Source of the DNA: the human T2T-CHM13v2.0 reference genome, Homo sapiens
Assembly (NCBI RefSeq): GCF_009914755.1
Contig: NC_060933.1
Reading direction: 5' to 3' (one strand)
Length of the DNA: 64,000 nt
The notes under the pieces were generated by a model. The model was not told the origin of the DNA. It searched no databases and worked only from the letters and a program-made list of their open reading frames with translations. Positions 14,789-26,612 of this stretch are shown one piece after another (position 1 is the stretch's first letter; every line of letters starts with the position of its first letter). The translations under genes and the position numbers were made by a program.

Positions 14789-16269
14789 TAGATGATCGCA
14801 AAGGTTTCTTTCAAACAACATTTTCTGTTTCTAAACATTTTAATTGCAGTTTCCTCATATGGCTTCATGTGAACACAATTGTGTGTAACATGAAGTTAGG
14901 CCCTGTTAATATTCACTGAGAACTTTCCTTCTGTCACAACCACTTATCTTTTCCTGGTGCTCATGATTCTTTTGTTTTCTAGAATCACATGTTTCTCCTC
15001 TCCCATTTAAGTTGTTGTTCATCCCTCCCCCTTTCTCCTCCCACCTTTCTGAGTCCATCCCAACAAGCAATTCATCCAAGCACCACAAATTTAAGCTCTG
15101 AGTCATTCATATGCATTGCTTTTGAACATATTAAATAGATCCATATGCTTATCTATACTAAGATATAGATTTTTCCTTCAGAAAATAGAATACAAAAAAA
15201 TCATTCCAATGTGTACACTTTAAATATTTTAAGCAGGCATCTAAAACGAAGCAGAAATTAAAGTAACTTGGACCAGAATTTTGAACATTAAAACATTACA
15301 GCAAATTGGTAAAACATAAACCAAATATATAGATGTCTACTTTATATCCAAAAAAGTTACTCTTTCCCTGCCATACACACAGACAACTCTCATAATGGGT
15401 CCTCCTCAATTAGAGTTGGATCACAAGCAGAACAGTAATCAGTGTGGCCTTTCCCAGCATTTCCACCCCCAAAGACTCTTTATTATCCTTCCCAACTTCA
15501 GAAATTTCTATGACATCATCATCAACCAATCAGAGCTTCTAATGGTTTGAAATAACTGATGTAGCCAGACACATTGAGTTGATACAGAATCAAAGAAATG
15601 TGACATTCTCCTTAGTCTGGGCAGTTGTGTCATGGATAAACATATGATTTCCATTAGATTTCTCAAAACACGGAAAAATCGCTTTCAGACCTTAGCACTA
15701 CCTCTGAAGATACTTATTTTAGATTAGAACTACTAACTAAAGTGCCATTGTCTTAAACCCTACCAAAATCTGATCTCAGGGACAGTAAGAAAAGGAATGC
15801 TGAAATACAATATATGTCAACAGACCAGGAAAACTTCCAGCACCACTTAAAGTTCATTGGAAAGCAGACTGATGCCCCCAAAGGAAAAAAAGGCAAGCAA
15901 TCATGCCACAGTTATAACAACAGACAGATCTGAGTTTTATGTGGATCCTACAGTTTTCTAAGGCATGACCTTGGGCAGATTACTTTACCATTCTAAGCTT
16001 CAGTTTCCTTATATATAAAATGGAGAAAATAAAAATACTTCCATACCTGATGCCCAGATCTAAATGGCTAATTTTGGGGGAAAGGAATGTACAAGAGAAG
16101 CCTGAAGCATCTTGCAATGCCAGAAAGTAAGGAAGGACTAAAAAAAATTGATATGTCAAAGGAATATGAGGGTAAACTAAAAGAGTAAACTCAAGAGTAA
16201 GAGTAAACTAGAAGAGCTCTCAACAGACAAAGTTGTCATAATTTGATTTTTAAAAATTTGGTACTAAAT

Positions 16270-16632
16270 GCAATAGACTGAATTTTTGTGTCCTCCCAAA
16301 ATTCATATGTTGAAACCTAATTCCCTGTGTGATGTTATTTGGAGGTGAAGCTTTTGGAAGGTTATTAGGTTATGAAAGTGGAGCCCTCATGAATGGGATC
16401 AGTGCCTTTTTAAAAAAGATCCAGAGAGCTCCCTCGGTTCTTCTTCTATGTGAGAACACAGTGAGAAGATGGCCATCTATGAACCAAGAAGTGGGCCCCC
16501 ACCACACATCAAATCTGCTGGCACATTGATCTGGGGCTTCCTGGCCTCCAGAACTCTAAGAAATAGATTTCTGTTGTTTTTAAGCCACCTAGTCTATGGT
16601 ATTCTATTACAGTAGCCTAAACAGACTAAGAC
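16270..16632 (+). mobile_element. MLT1A-like solo LTR (ERVL-MaLR)
   Basis: gactgaat...tgtcctcccaaaattcatatgttgaaacctaa...gcctccagaact...agcctaaacagactaagac. Confidence 0.85.
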
Positions 16633-17003
16633 TTTGGATTATAACCAAAAGTGAAGCACAAAATTTCTTGAGTTCATACTGATATAACAAAATGATTGCA
16701 TATATAAAGAAATGGGGGGTGGAATAGACACATTTCACATACAGAAGAATATCAATTTGTACAGATACTTTCCCCTCAAAAAGGTGGAATATAACTCCCT
16801 ACCCCTTAAGCATGGGCTGTGCTTAGACATTTTCTTTTAAAGAGTAAAGTATAGAGAGAAGACAGCAGGAGAGTAACTTTTTAGCGGAGAAACCTGACAA
16901 ATACTACCTTGTCATTGGTTCAAACTCAATATTATCAGTGATAAATCATGATGGTAGCAGGAATCCTTTATATGATGTGATGGACACTTTATCTCTGTGG
17001 TCT

Positions 17004-17717
17004 TGTTAGGGTAGGTAGTTAGGCAGACAAGACCAGTGCAGGAGATGGCCCCCCAGCTTCCAGGAATGTCAGGTGACCATTAGGTGATGATCAGGTGGTT
17101 CTTAAACTGTCTCTCTAAATTAATAGTTGGTCAGAGCTGGTACCAGGGAAAGGCAGTCTCCCAATAGATAGGAAACACCTGAAGCTGGTAATCAGCAGCT
17201 TCCTGATAAGATCTCAGAAGTTGGGTGAGCAGGCTCAAGCATGTGCACTAAGAGGATTTAAATGAAATATGACTTTTCTCCAGGAACCATGGACTGGTAA
17301 GGGAAAAATGCCTCGAGTGAGCACACGTACAACTTCAGTAAACACACTGTGCATGTGGCCCCTCCAAAGTGCTGACAGGCCACTGTGCATGTGCATAGCC
17401 CACCCCAAGGGAAGAATCAGGGGAGAAAAAAAACACAGACCCTGGAACCATGCCAATGTATAAAACCCCAAGTCCAGGGCTGAACAGGACACTGAGAACT
17501 CTCAAGTTGCCTACTTGGCCCTCTTCCAAGAGTACTTTGCTTCCTTTCACTCCTGCTCTAAAACTTTTGAATAAACGTTTACTCACTTCTGCTCTAAGAC
17601 TGGCCTCAGTCCCTCCCTCTGCCTTATACCTACTTCTGGCCGTCAGCTGAATTCTTTCCTCCAAGGAAACAAGAATCAAGTTTGCTGAAGACCCAGGTGG
17701 ATTCTCTGCTGGTAACA
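17004..17717 (+). mobile_element. MER50-like ERV1 solo LTR
   Basis: TG...CA termini; 4-bp TSD gtct/gact; TATAAAA 17459-17465; AATAAA 17570-17575; 5' end matches recalled MER50 consensus. Confidence 0.85.
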
Positions 17718-18144
17718 GACTTCCTCCCAAAAACCCATCACCCGGTATAATCATGAGAGAAATTAAATTAAGAAACATTCTATACAATACCTGACCAATA
17801 TGCCTCAAAACTTACAAGGTTATCAAAAACAAGGAAAGTCTGAGAAACTGCCACAGCCAAGAGGAGCCAAAGAAGACATAATGACTAAATATAACGTGGC
17901 ATCCTGGATGTGACCCTGGGGTAGAAAAAGGGTATTAGGTAAAAAAATGAAGAAATTTGAATATAGATGGACTTCAGGTGATCATTGTCTATCAACATTG
18001 GTTTCTGAATTGTGACAAAATGTACCATACTAAAGTAAGATGTTAATAATCAGGACAACAGAGTGGAGGGTATACAGAAAACCTTTATATTATCTTTACA
18101 ACTTTTGTATAAGTCTAAAACTATTCTAACATAAAAAGATTATA

Positions 18145-18434
18145 GACTGGGCACAGTGGCTCAGGCCTATAATCCCAGCACTTTGGGAGGCCAAGGCTGA
18201 TGGATTGCTTGAGCCCAGGAGTTTGAGACCGACCTGGGCAACATGGTGAAACCCTATCTCTACAAAAAGTACAAAAATTATTCAGGTGTGGTGGTGCACA
18301 CCTGTAGTCCCAGCTACTCAGGACGCTGAGATCTATTGAACCCAGGGGGCAGAGGCTGCATTGAGCTGTGATTGTGCCACTGCATGATAACAAGGTGGCA
18401 GAGCAAGACCTTGTCTCAAAAAAAAAAAGAAAAA
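18145..18434 (+). mobile_element. Alu (AluJ-like)
   Basis: Dimer with A-tail; degenerate TSD aaagattat / agagattat. Confidence 0.92.
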
Positions 18435-20022
18435 GAGATTATTAAGAAAAATGGTTACCTCATAGGGTGGTTATTCTCATAACATCAAACTTAAAGCGTT
18501 TAGCACAGCGTTTGGCACATAGTACATGCTAATACCTGGCAACTATTATTGGTTAGCATTATTAAGCAGGGTTAATCCATGAGCTGCTTAGCAATCCATC
18601 TCAAAAGCAGAATACTCATATTACTTGAAGAAAGATCCGATAACTTCCACCACCTTAAGTGTTTATTCATGTTTTTACAAATCAACGGTCTTGCGAATCT
18701 TATCATTGTTATCTTTGCTGGGCAAGTCTATTTTCATTACCATCATTTTTCCAGCATTATTCTGTATTTAAGATAAAACTCCAAGGAATGAATTGTATTA
18801 TGCCTCTGGATTATTAAACTCTCTCACCTTTCTGTGTAGAGCTCGGTAATGTTCCTTCTAATAACTTTCTTCCAATCGTGTCTCCTTAGCCAACAAATTT
18901 AATTTGTAGTCATATGATCAGAAATGTGCTGCACATCCTCCCAGTGCACTGGAACATCTTTGTCACACTGCAACATTGGCTATGGCCTAAAAAAATACAT
19001 TTCACCATCTGGTGTCTGCTCACCACAATATCTCCATGTCTGGTTCCTACTTAAACTTGCATTCCTTCTACTTCATTCATTAAGCCTCTTTGACCCTGCC
19101 CCCAACTCAGATTGGAAGTCGTGTTACCCTCTTCTGAGTGCTTTGAGTACTGGAAGCACAGTCCTATACTGAAGGTTTCTGCAGGCATTCTGTGTAATCT
19201 CTCCTAGTTTGTTAACTCCCTCTGGGCTAAAGCCAACTCTGCTGTACCTGGTAACCTTTTCCACATTTAGCTCTGAGTCCAGCACATCTAGGACTCCCAG
19301 TAAACATTTATTGAAGTGATGCTAATTTGAATGTCATCCAAAAAACTAACTCAAGCACTCAAATGAGCTTGCCTACCAGGAGGATTTATCTCACTTAGCA
19401 GAGCACTCCCGAATAGGCTTTACTGAGTTGTCTGCAGAGACCATTTCCAAGAACTGATAATAAAACAAAAATAAAAATAAATGCCACTAGTGACTGCCTT
19501 ATTTTCCTATTGGTTTGTTTTTGTATAATTATAATTCTTCTGGTTTGTTTATCAGAGTCAGTCATCTTTTCTTTTTCTTATTAAGGCCAGTTACAGTATT
19601 TTTGGTAAATTAACAAATACAGAAATGGTTATCCCAACATGTTCCATTCCTTCAAGGTCATGAGAGGGAATGCTAAATCAGACAAATAGGTAAAATAAGA
19701 CTTTTGTTATCTGTCCATCCACCCACTCATCCATCTGTTTATGTATTAACTTATCCATCCTACTTCAATAGTCATTTACAGATGCCTACCACATGCCAGG
19801 TGTTATGCAAAACACTGCAGATGCAGGGGTGAATAAGAAAGGCCTATCCCTCAAAGAGGTCCCAATCTAGTGGGGGAAAAACAGCCAAATAAATAAATAA
19901 GTACAAATTCAACATAACAAGTGCTATTATAAGGATAACATAGGACAGACACTCTAGTTGGACATATATGCTCATAGAGTAATGATTCTTGAGCCAAAAC
20001 AAACAAACAAACAAATCCCAAT

Positions 20023-20377
20023 TACATTAGTCTGTTCTCACACTGCTAATAAAGACATACCTGAAACTGGGTAATTTATAAAGGAAAGAGGTTTAATGGA
20101 CTCACAGTTCCACATGGCTGGGGATGCCTCATAATAATGGTGGAAGGCAAAAGAGAAGCAAAGGCATGTCTTACATGGTGGCAGGCAAAAGAGCTTGTGC
20201 AAGGGAACTCCCATTTATAAAACCATCAGACCTTGGGAGACATATTCACTACCATAAGAACAGTATGGGGAAAATGCCCCCATGATTCAATTATCTCCAC
20301 CTGGCCCTGCCCTTAACAAGTGGGGATTATTACAGTTCAAGGTGAGATTTGGGTGGGGACACAACCAAATCATGTCA
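20023..20377 (-). mobile_element. THE1 (A/B-like) solo LTR, ERVL-MaLR
   Basis: Minus strand starts TGACATGATTTGGTTGTGTCCCCACCCAAATCTCACC; 5-bp TSD ccaat at 20018-20022 and 20378-20382. Confidence 0.92.
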
Positions 20378-21422
20378 CCAATCATGGGTTGTTTCATGGA
20401 TTCCTTCAAATGGCTTCCATGTCTTGTAGAGGACTTGGAAGACTGGGAATGAAGCCTCACCTCTGACATTTCCTAACTGTGATCATAAACAAGTTACTGA
20501 ACTGCCCTAAGTCTCAGCTGCCTTCTCTGTACAATAGTATCATTGCAGTCCTTGTTTAAAAGTTCCTGACACGGGAGATGTGTGTAAACTCTAAAGGGCT
20601 GTAAGAATATAATTAATTAGTTAATGAATTGCAATTATTATTATTATATTGATTACAAGGCAAAGGAAAATATTTTTCCCTTATAACCTCCTCTGGTCCA
20701 CTCAATCTCCGCAAGAATTGGAAATTTTTGGTAGGACCAGTTTTTTCTCTTTATCTATTTAGTCAAGGTCTACATTTCTGCTTTTACTAGACTGGTGTCT
20801 GGTGGCTTCCTCAGAACCCTGGGTGCCAAGATGTCAGTGTATGCTGTGACAGAGCACCTGGCAGATTGACTTTAAGCCTCCATATGTGTGCTAGCTACCC
20901 CATCGCTGCTCAGAACAGGAGGTCCAAACAGCAGTTTTGGATGCTGTGATTTTTAGAACTCAGGTTTTTAGTCTAGTCCGATATTCATTAATATTTCGGG
21001 ACAGCCAAAAAAAAAAAAAACCTAAAAAAAAAAAATCAAGAGATGCAACATCTTAAGGAAGAAAGTTTGGATCCTGTTTGAAAAAAATAGTAGTGATTGG
21101 GGGTTGGGGAGAAGGGCAGTAGTGTCCCAATACCAGCTCTGAGAGCTGGCAGGGGCTTTGTGGCCTGGATGAATTCAAAGCAAACAGGCCTACAGGACAT
21201 GAAGCCACATGTTTTTCTCGTGAGCCCCACAAATATAAAGCTCCCTTAATCCACACTAAAATAAAACTGAAATGTAAGCCGGCCCCGATCTGTATGCAGC
21301 ATGACCTCTTCCACCACCCTACAGTTCATTCATTCTCCAACCCAGTGGTTGCCTTGCCACGCTAATTTTACCTCGTAAAAAATTCTTCCTCATCCCTCCT
21401 CATCCCCCTCCCATATTCTTTT

Positions 21423-21453
<31 letters not shown>

Positions 21454-21589
21454 GCCACCCAAACAGCATCCCAGAATGCCTCATTTGGTGACATCACAGA
21501 TAGCCATGGGTTGCTTCTGGTGTCCCATCTGTTCCTGCAGGCCTTGCCTCAGTGCGGGTGAGATATGAAGGGAGTGTTCAGTTGAGGCT

Positions 21590-21616
21590 GGGGTGTGGGT
21601 GGGGGTGGGGATCGGG
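21590..21616 (+). other. G-quadruplex motif
   Basis: GGGG-TGT-GGG-T-GGGGG-T-GGGG-ATC-GGG: five G-tracts with short loops. Confidence 0.7.
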
Positions 21617-24222
21617 CCTTTGAAGCTGTTTTCTATCAGGGCACTGCAGCTGTCAGTGTTGGCTGCGGAAGCCAGTGATTGTCCTTGTAGCTCCCTGTTG
21701 CCGGCAGTGCACTGTGCTTGCGGATATTAATTGGGCTTTCATTATGTGAATGAACCCAGAGGCTTTTGCAGCCGATTCCTATATCTATATTGATTTATTA
21801 AAAATGCCAATAAATAATAGCTCTCGCAAAGCAGCTTTTAATGTATTTGATAATTAGTTGGTTTATGTTTTTTTCACCATTTTTCTCCCTTTTTTTTTCT
21901 TTTTACACATCACAGCATAATAGATCACAGAATCTTTGGGACAACGAACAGGCACATTGGCTAAATCACCTTATTACACTTCCATATAGTTGAAAAGAGG
22001 CTTAATGTTAAATTATGAGATCCCAGCTATTGTGGAAACCAAGAAAGAATAATGCTCCAAAATAACGACTGTGGCGCCTCTGTGCCACTCATTGTCCCAG
22101 GAACTGTTGGCACGCCTCCCATGGGAGCTCTCCATTGAGTCAGCCGTCCTCTGAAATGAACAGTGGGGCCCAAATTCAGGTGGGGAGCCTCTTTACTTTT
22201 TGGTGTATTATAGGCTATAAGATATCTTAGGACCTGGGCTTTGGGGAAAAAAAAACAAACCCAAAACCCTTATATTACATTTGTGTGTAACTGTGGGAAA
22301 AATTGGCACACCCCAAATTCAGCATGTCACAGGAGACTTCAGCACCCAGGATACTATATATTATCCCTCAAAAAGTGGAGACGAAAGGAGAAATTGCTCA
22401 TTTGTTTCATTTCACTGAAACTTTTCAAAGGAAGAAAAGATGTTCATTAAAAGTTAACAGTGAGGCAGTTTTGCTGAACTCCTAAAGAAAATGTCATTGT
22501 CACAGGAGCCTGTGACCCAGTATCATTCTCTGTAGCTGAATCTAAGGTGCCTGTGGTCTTTGAGCCATTAATGGAATTGAAAAAGAAGAGAGGTGCCCCA
22601 AGAATGTGGGGATGCAGATGGATTTGGGAGGACCATTGTTATAGCCTGCATGTCATGACTTTATAGGAAGTAAATATAATTTGGATTCTAAAAACTAAGT
22701 AGGATAAGAGATCCTAACGAAGCTCTTCCTTTCAGTTCTGGGAAGAGGAGTTGAAATTGATTTCTTTATAATAAATGATTTATGTCCAATTCTCTCTCTC
22801 TCTTTCTTTCTCACTCTTCTTCTTTAAGTAAAAAGCCCACTGATATTAGATGGGCAATAGTGGAAATATGGAACAAATGAGAAAAAGCAAAACTGAACCT
22901 TAACAAAATTGCTGTTGTCATGTTCAACTATAGGTTGTTTCTGCAGTGTTACATATGGTTATTTCTAATGCAGTCTCTGAGAAAAACAAGCAAACAACTG
23001 TGTTTCAGGTAAATATGCAAAGATAACTGTGTATTTGTGCCATTGGACAAATTCTTCTTGAACAGCTTTATGCAGTTAACAGTTCAGTGATGACAATGGA
23101 ACTTTAGGTAGCAAATATAATAACTAAGTGCTAATTTTGGAGAAAACAATCCTTGTTTCTGACTATTTAATATGGCACTTCTCTTTATAAACTGTAAAAT
23201 GGGTAAAGAATAAAAGTATCCCTTTATCCCCCCCAAAAAGATTCAGAAATTATTCACAAGTCTTTATCTGGCCCAAAACTAAGGACCCAGGGTCATTTTA
23301 AGAAAACCATCACATTCCTATTCAAGACCATATGAAGTCATGCTTATTACTTTGTAACCATATTCTCTTTCAACTTAATAAGAGAAATAAAAAGACAGCC
23401 AGCAATATCATGCCTAACCTTTACCCCACTGAGGTGTTCTGACATAGTAGCTATACAAAGACACCATTATTAATTAAGGTATGTTAATAAGGAAGAAATA
23501 ATATTCCATTCAGAAGGGTACAGAGAAGATATAATGGGTACGTGCTGCTTTTCAGAGAACCAAGATAAAACAGAAAAGTGACACATACGGAGGAGATGGC
23601 ACCATACTGTCATTCTGGTTTTCTCATGTCGCCTGGGTGGTTTCCTCAGCAATATAACATTTGTAGTAATGGCCTCCATTCATTTAGTGCCCACTATGCT
23701 CCAGGCTCCATGTAATGTGCTCACATATATGAATATTTTCCATACTATTGAGTTATATTACTGGAAATGTCAAGACCAAAGGCTGCTTATTGATTTTTTT
23801 TAAGGGCTTAGAGTGGGGTAAAATAGTAGAGGTATAAAAAAACAAAGAAAGATACTTATCTTCATTTCGTGGATTATTTCTCAGTTTTCAGTTTAATTTC
23901 TCTCTCAACTAACCTTGCAGAAATTTAGGGCCTATGGGAAGGGGATTAACTTCATAATACCTATGCTGTTTCTTTTCCCCGAAACATCTACAATTTATCC
24001 CCCAGCTTCTGTATTATTTCTGTTACCATTTCCAAATAATCCTTATGCCAGCTCTGAAAGTTCACCTCAGTAGTCGCTCTACATTGGAAAACCAGCCCTG
24101 CAACAGGAAGGACCTTCTCTAGAGCAGCCATATTTTCTGAACCCCACACTGAGACACATTGTCTAAGAAGTTGGGACCTATTTGAAAGAAAAACTGGTTA
24201 AATTTGTGAAATTTAGACTCAC

Positions 24223-24330
24223 AGAAAATCCAAAGCACAGAGTTGACATTCTTTTAGGAATCCCAGGGTTACATTTCAGAACTGCACAGCAGACAACCCA
24301 GAAGTCCACAGACACTGGGATTCTTTCCAT
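24223..24330 (-). CDS. NFIB: Nuclear factor I B, coding part of distal alternative exon: MERIPVSVDFWVVCCAVLKCNPGIPKRMSTLCFGFS (36 codons, phase 0)
   Basis: Manual translation; strong Kozak GGAGT-ATG-G (A at -3, G at +4); donor TCT|GTGAGT at 24222-24217; peptide recognised as the long NFIB isoform N-terminus that joins DEFHPF... of exon 2; spacing to tRNA-His fits the recalled locus. Confidence 0.92.
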
Positions 24331-24667
24331 ACTCCGAACGGATTCCCGACAAGAAGCCTGTAGGCTCTGCTTCTGCCATTTGCGCTGTTTTAGAATGTTT
24401 GCTCCAGGTCACCGAGTACCTTAGCAAACGCAGCTTCATAGGAATGAACAGGCAGAAGGTCCGAAGAGTTTGAGGGTGACTGATGGATCTTTATGGAGCA
24501 GAGCAAGCTGTTAAAAACAAAATAGAACAAGAACAAAGGGGTCCTGTACACTCGAGGAGTTTACTCCACTAACAGTCTTGCTCCGACATGTGAATCTTTT
24601 AGATCGGTGTCAGCTCAACAGTGATATTCTATGAAGTCATTCAGTGTAGGCATTTGATCATCTAGAC

Positions 24668-24981
24668 CTGTACTGCCCAATATAGTAGCCCCTAGCTACA
24701 GATGACTACTGAGTACTTGAAATGTGGCTTGCATGAATTGAGATGTGCTATAAATGCAAACTATATGGGAATTTCAAAAACGTAGAACACATAAAAAAGA
24801 ACACAAAATATATAATGTACAATTTTTTATATTGATCACATGTTAAAATAATATTTTGAATATATGTTGTTGGAATTAATTTTACCTTTTCACTTTTAGA
24901 AATGTGGCAACCAGAAAATTTAAAATTACAAGTGTGACTCTTGTTTAAGGCTCACATTATATATTTCCATTGAAAGCACTG
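24668..24981. mobile_element. MER33 (hAT-Charlie)
   Basis: ctgcccaatatagtagccc...acttgaaatgtggct...aaatgtggcaaccagaaaatttaaaattac...; NTCTAGAN-type 8-bp target sites atctagac / gtctagat. Confidence 0.8.
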
Positions 24982-26612
24982 GTCTAGATAGTTGGATGGA
25001 ATAATAGGACACGATGTTATAGGCCAAGACAAGTCTTCTGAAATTATCTTTGCTTTGTTCTTAATTTTGCAGCTGACATTAACACAGGAATTCTAAATAA
25101 AGTATGAAAAGATGTTTTATATGAATACTTTTTTTGGTATAAATGTATTTTTATTAGTGAGTCTCTCTTTTAGTTAAAAATAGGCAAAAAATTTGCAAGT
25201 AATCAAAATAACAGCTTGAAATAAAAAATTACAAATACCTACCCTTTGGTTTTTAATTTTTAACGTTGCAAAGAATTATAAATAATGATTGATTTTGTCT
25301 CCCTGCCCCCAGAAGAGTTAAGTTTACTTAGATTTGATTTTAAAATTCTTGAAAGCCAGAAGTCATGTTCAAGTGAAAAATAAAAAAGTCAGCATTAGGC
25401 ATCTGGTTATTATAGTCTTTACTTTGAAAGAAATAAAATACTGCAATATTCAGTGAGAGTTGTTTAAAAATTGCATATATCTTCTAGGTTGTATTGCTAT
25501 TCTTAATAAATCAAGAAAGTTCTTGTGGTTTGAGTTAAGCAACTTGGTAAAATAAGTATGTGACATTTAACTTAAGCCACAGAGTATTGCCCAAATGCAC
25601 TCTTGTCCCTGGCCATCTCTCAATGTTCAGATTCTTTTATAACATGTTGAAATCATCTTACATGACAATTTTACCTTGGAGTACGTAACAGCTAATCAGC
25701 TGTAACAAACAATACTAGATCAAAGGCAAAAACACACATTTTTCTTCACTAGTAAGTCCTGGACTTTAAAACTTCAATAGCAATTTTAAAGCATGTCTTC
25801 ATAATGAATAGTGTATTGCAAGCAGCAGAATGCATTCTCAACAGTAGCTTTATGTTCTGTTTACTTAAAATCGTTCCATATGCACTTATGATAAATTACT
25901 TAATCTTTAAACATAAAATGTCTTAACTCAAGGATAAGATTCCCACTCAGTAAATGCACAGGGATCCTACTACTTCTTAATCAGAAAGCTAAAAATATGT
26001 GCATTCAGAATCGATGTTTGCTGAAGTACTTGCAAGCCTAAGCCTCTTCATTCTAAAAGGGATATATCCAAGGCTGACACCAAGGAGATGACTTTGCAGA
26101 ATAAAAGCTACATGTTTTTCCCGTTAAATTTTGTTTTGTTTTGTTTTTTTGACCCAACTTTGGATTGTTGAGGCATCAGGTAAGAAGCTGTAAAAACATA
26201 CATTCTATCCATGCTGAGTAATATACAGGTCACAGCTGTAACTCAAGTTAAGCCACCAGCTAAGAATAAAAGCACAAGAAAATAAACCAACCAAAATCGA
26301 AAGCAAACAACATGCTTATCACATAATAACTATTGAATAATGCAAATATTAACAAAGCAAACCAAGCAGGGGGCCTCCATCTCAGGAAGAAGAAAAGCCA
26401 GCAAATGGAAGGCAGTGATTGGGAAAGCGATAGGCTCTTCCTCCTCGTTCATTATTGAGAAAAAGTGGATCAGGACTGACATCTGCTGGCCTTGCTAATG
26501 GGATGTACCCATTGAAACAAGGGTCTTGGAGAACAAAACATTCTGGTGGGGTGATATTGCATCACTGGCGTAGGGAGGAGGCAATGGCTTGGCAAAGGCC
26601 TTTCTGGTGAGC

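Larger units (their letters stand above)
16040..18140 (+). mobile_element. L1MC-like 3' end hosting two LTR insertions
   Basis: L1MC-type motifs (ggagaaacctgacaaatactacct, ctctgtggtct|tcctcccaaaaaccc, aaaaacaaggaaagtctgagaaactg, tgtaccatactaa...gatgttaataat). Confidence 0.75.

Noticed and set aside
17335-17808. 157-aa minus-strand ORF
   Set aside because: Lies in the MER50-like LTR/L1 junction; no recognisable retroviral or cellular domain.
24182-24424. 80-aa + strand ORF over the NFIB exon
   Set aside because: TTG start, antisense shadow of the real minus-strand exon.
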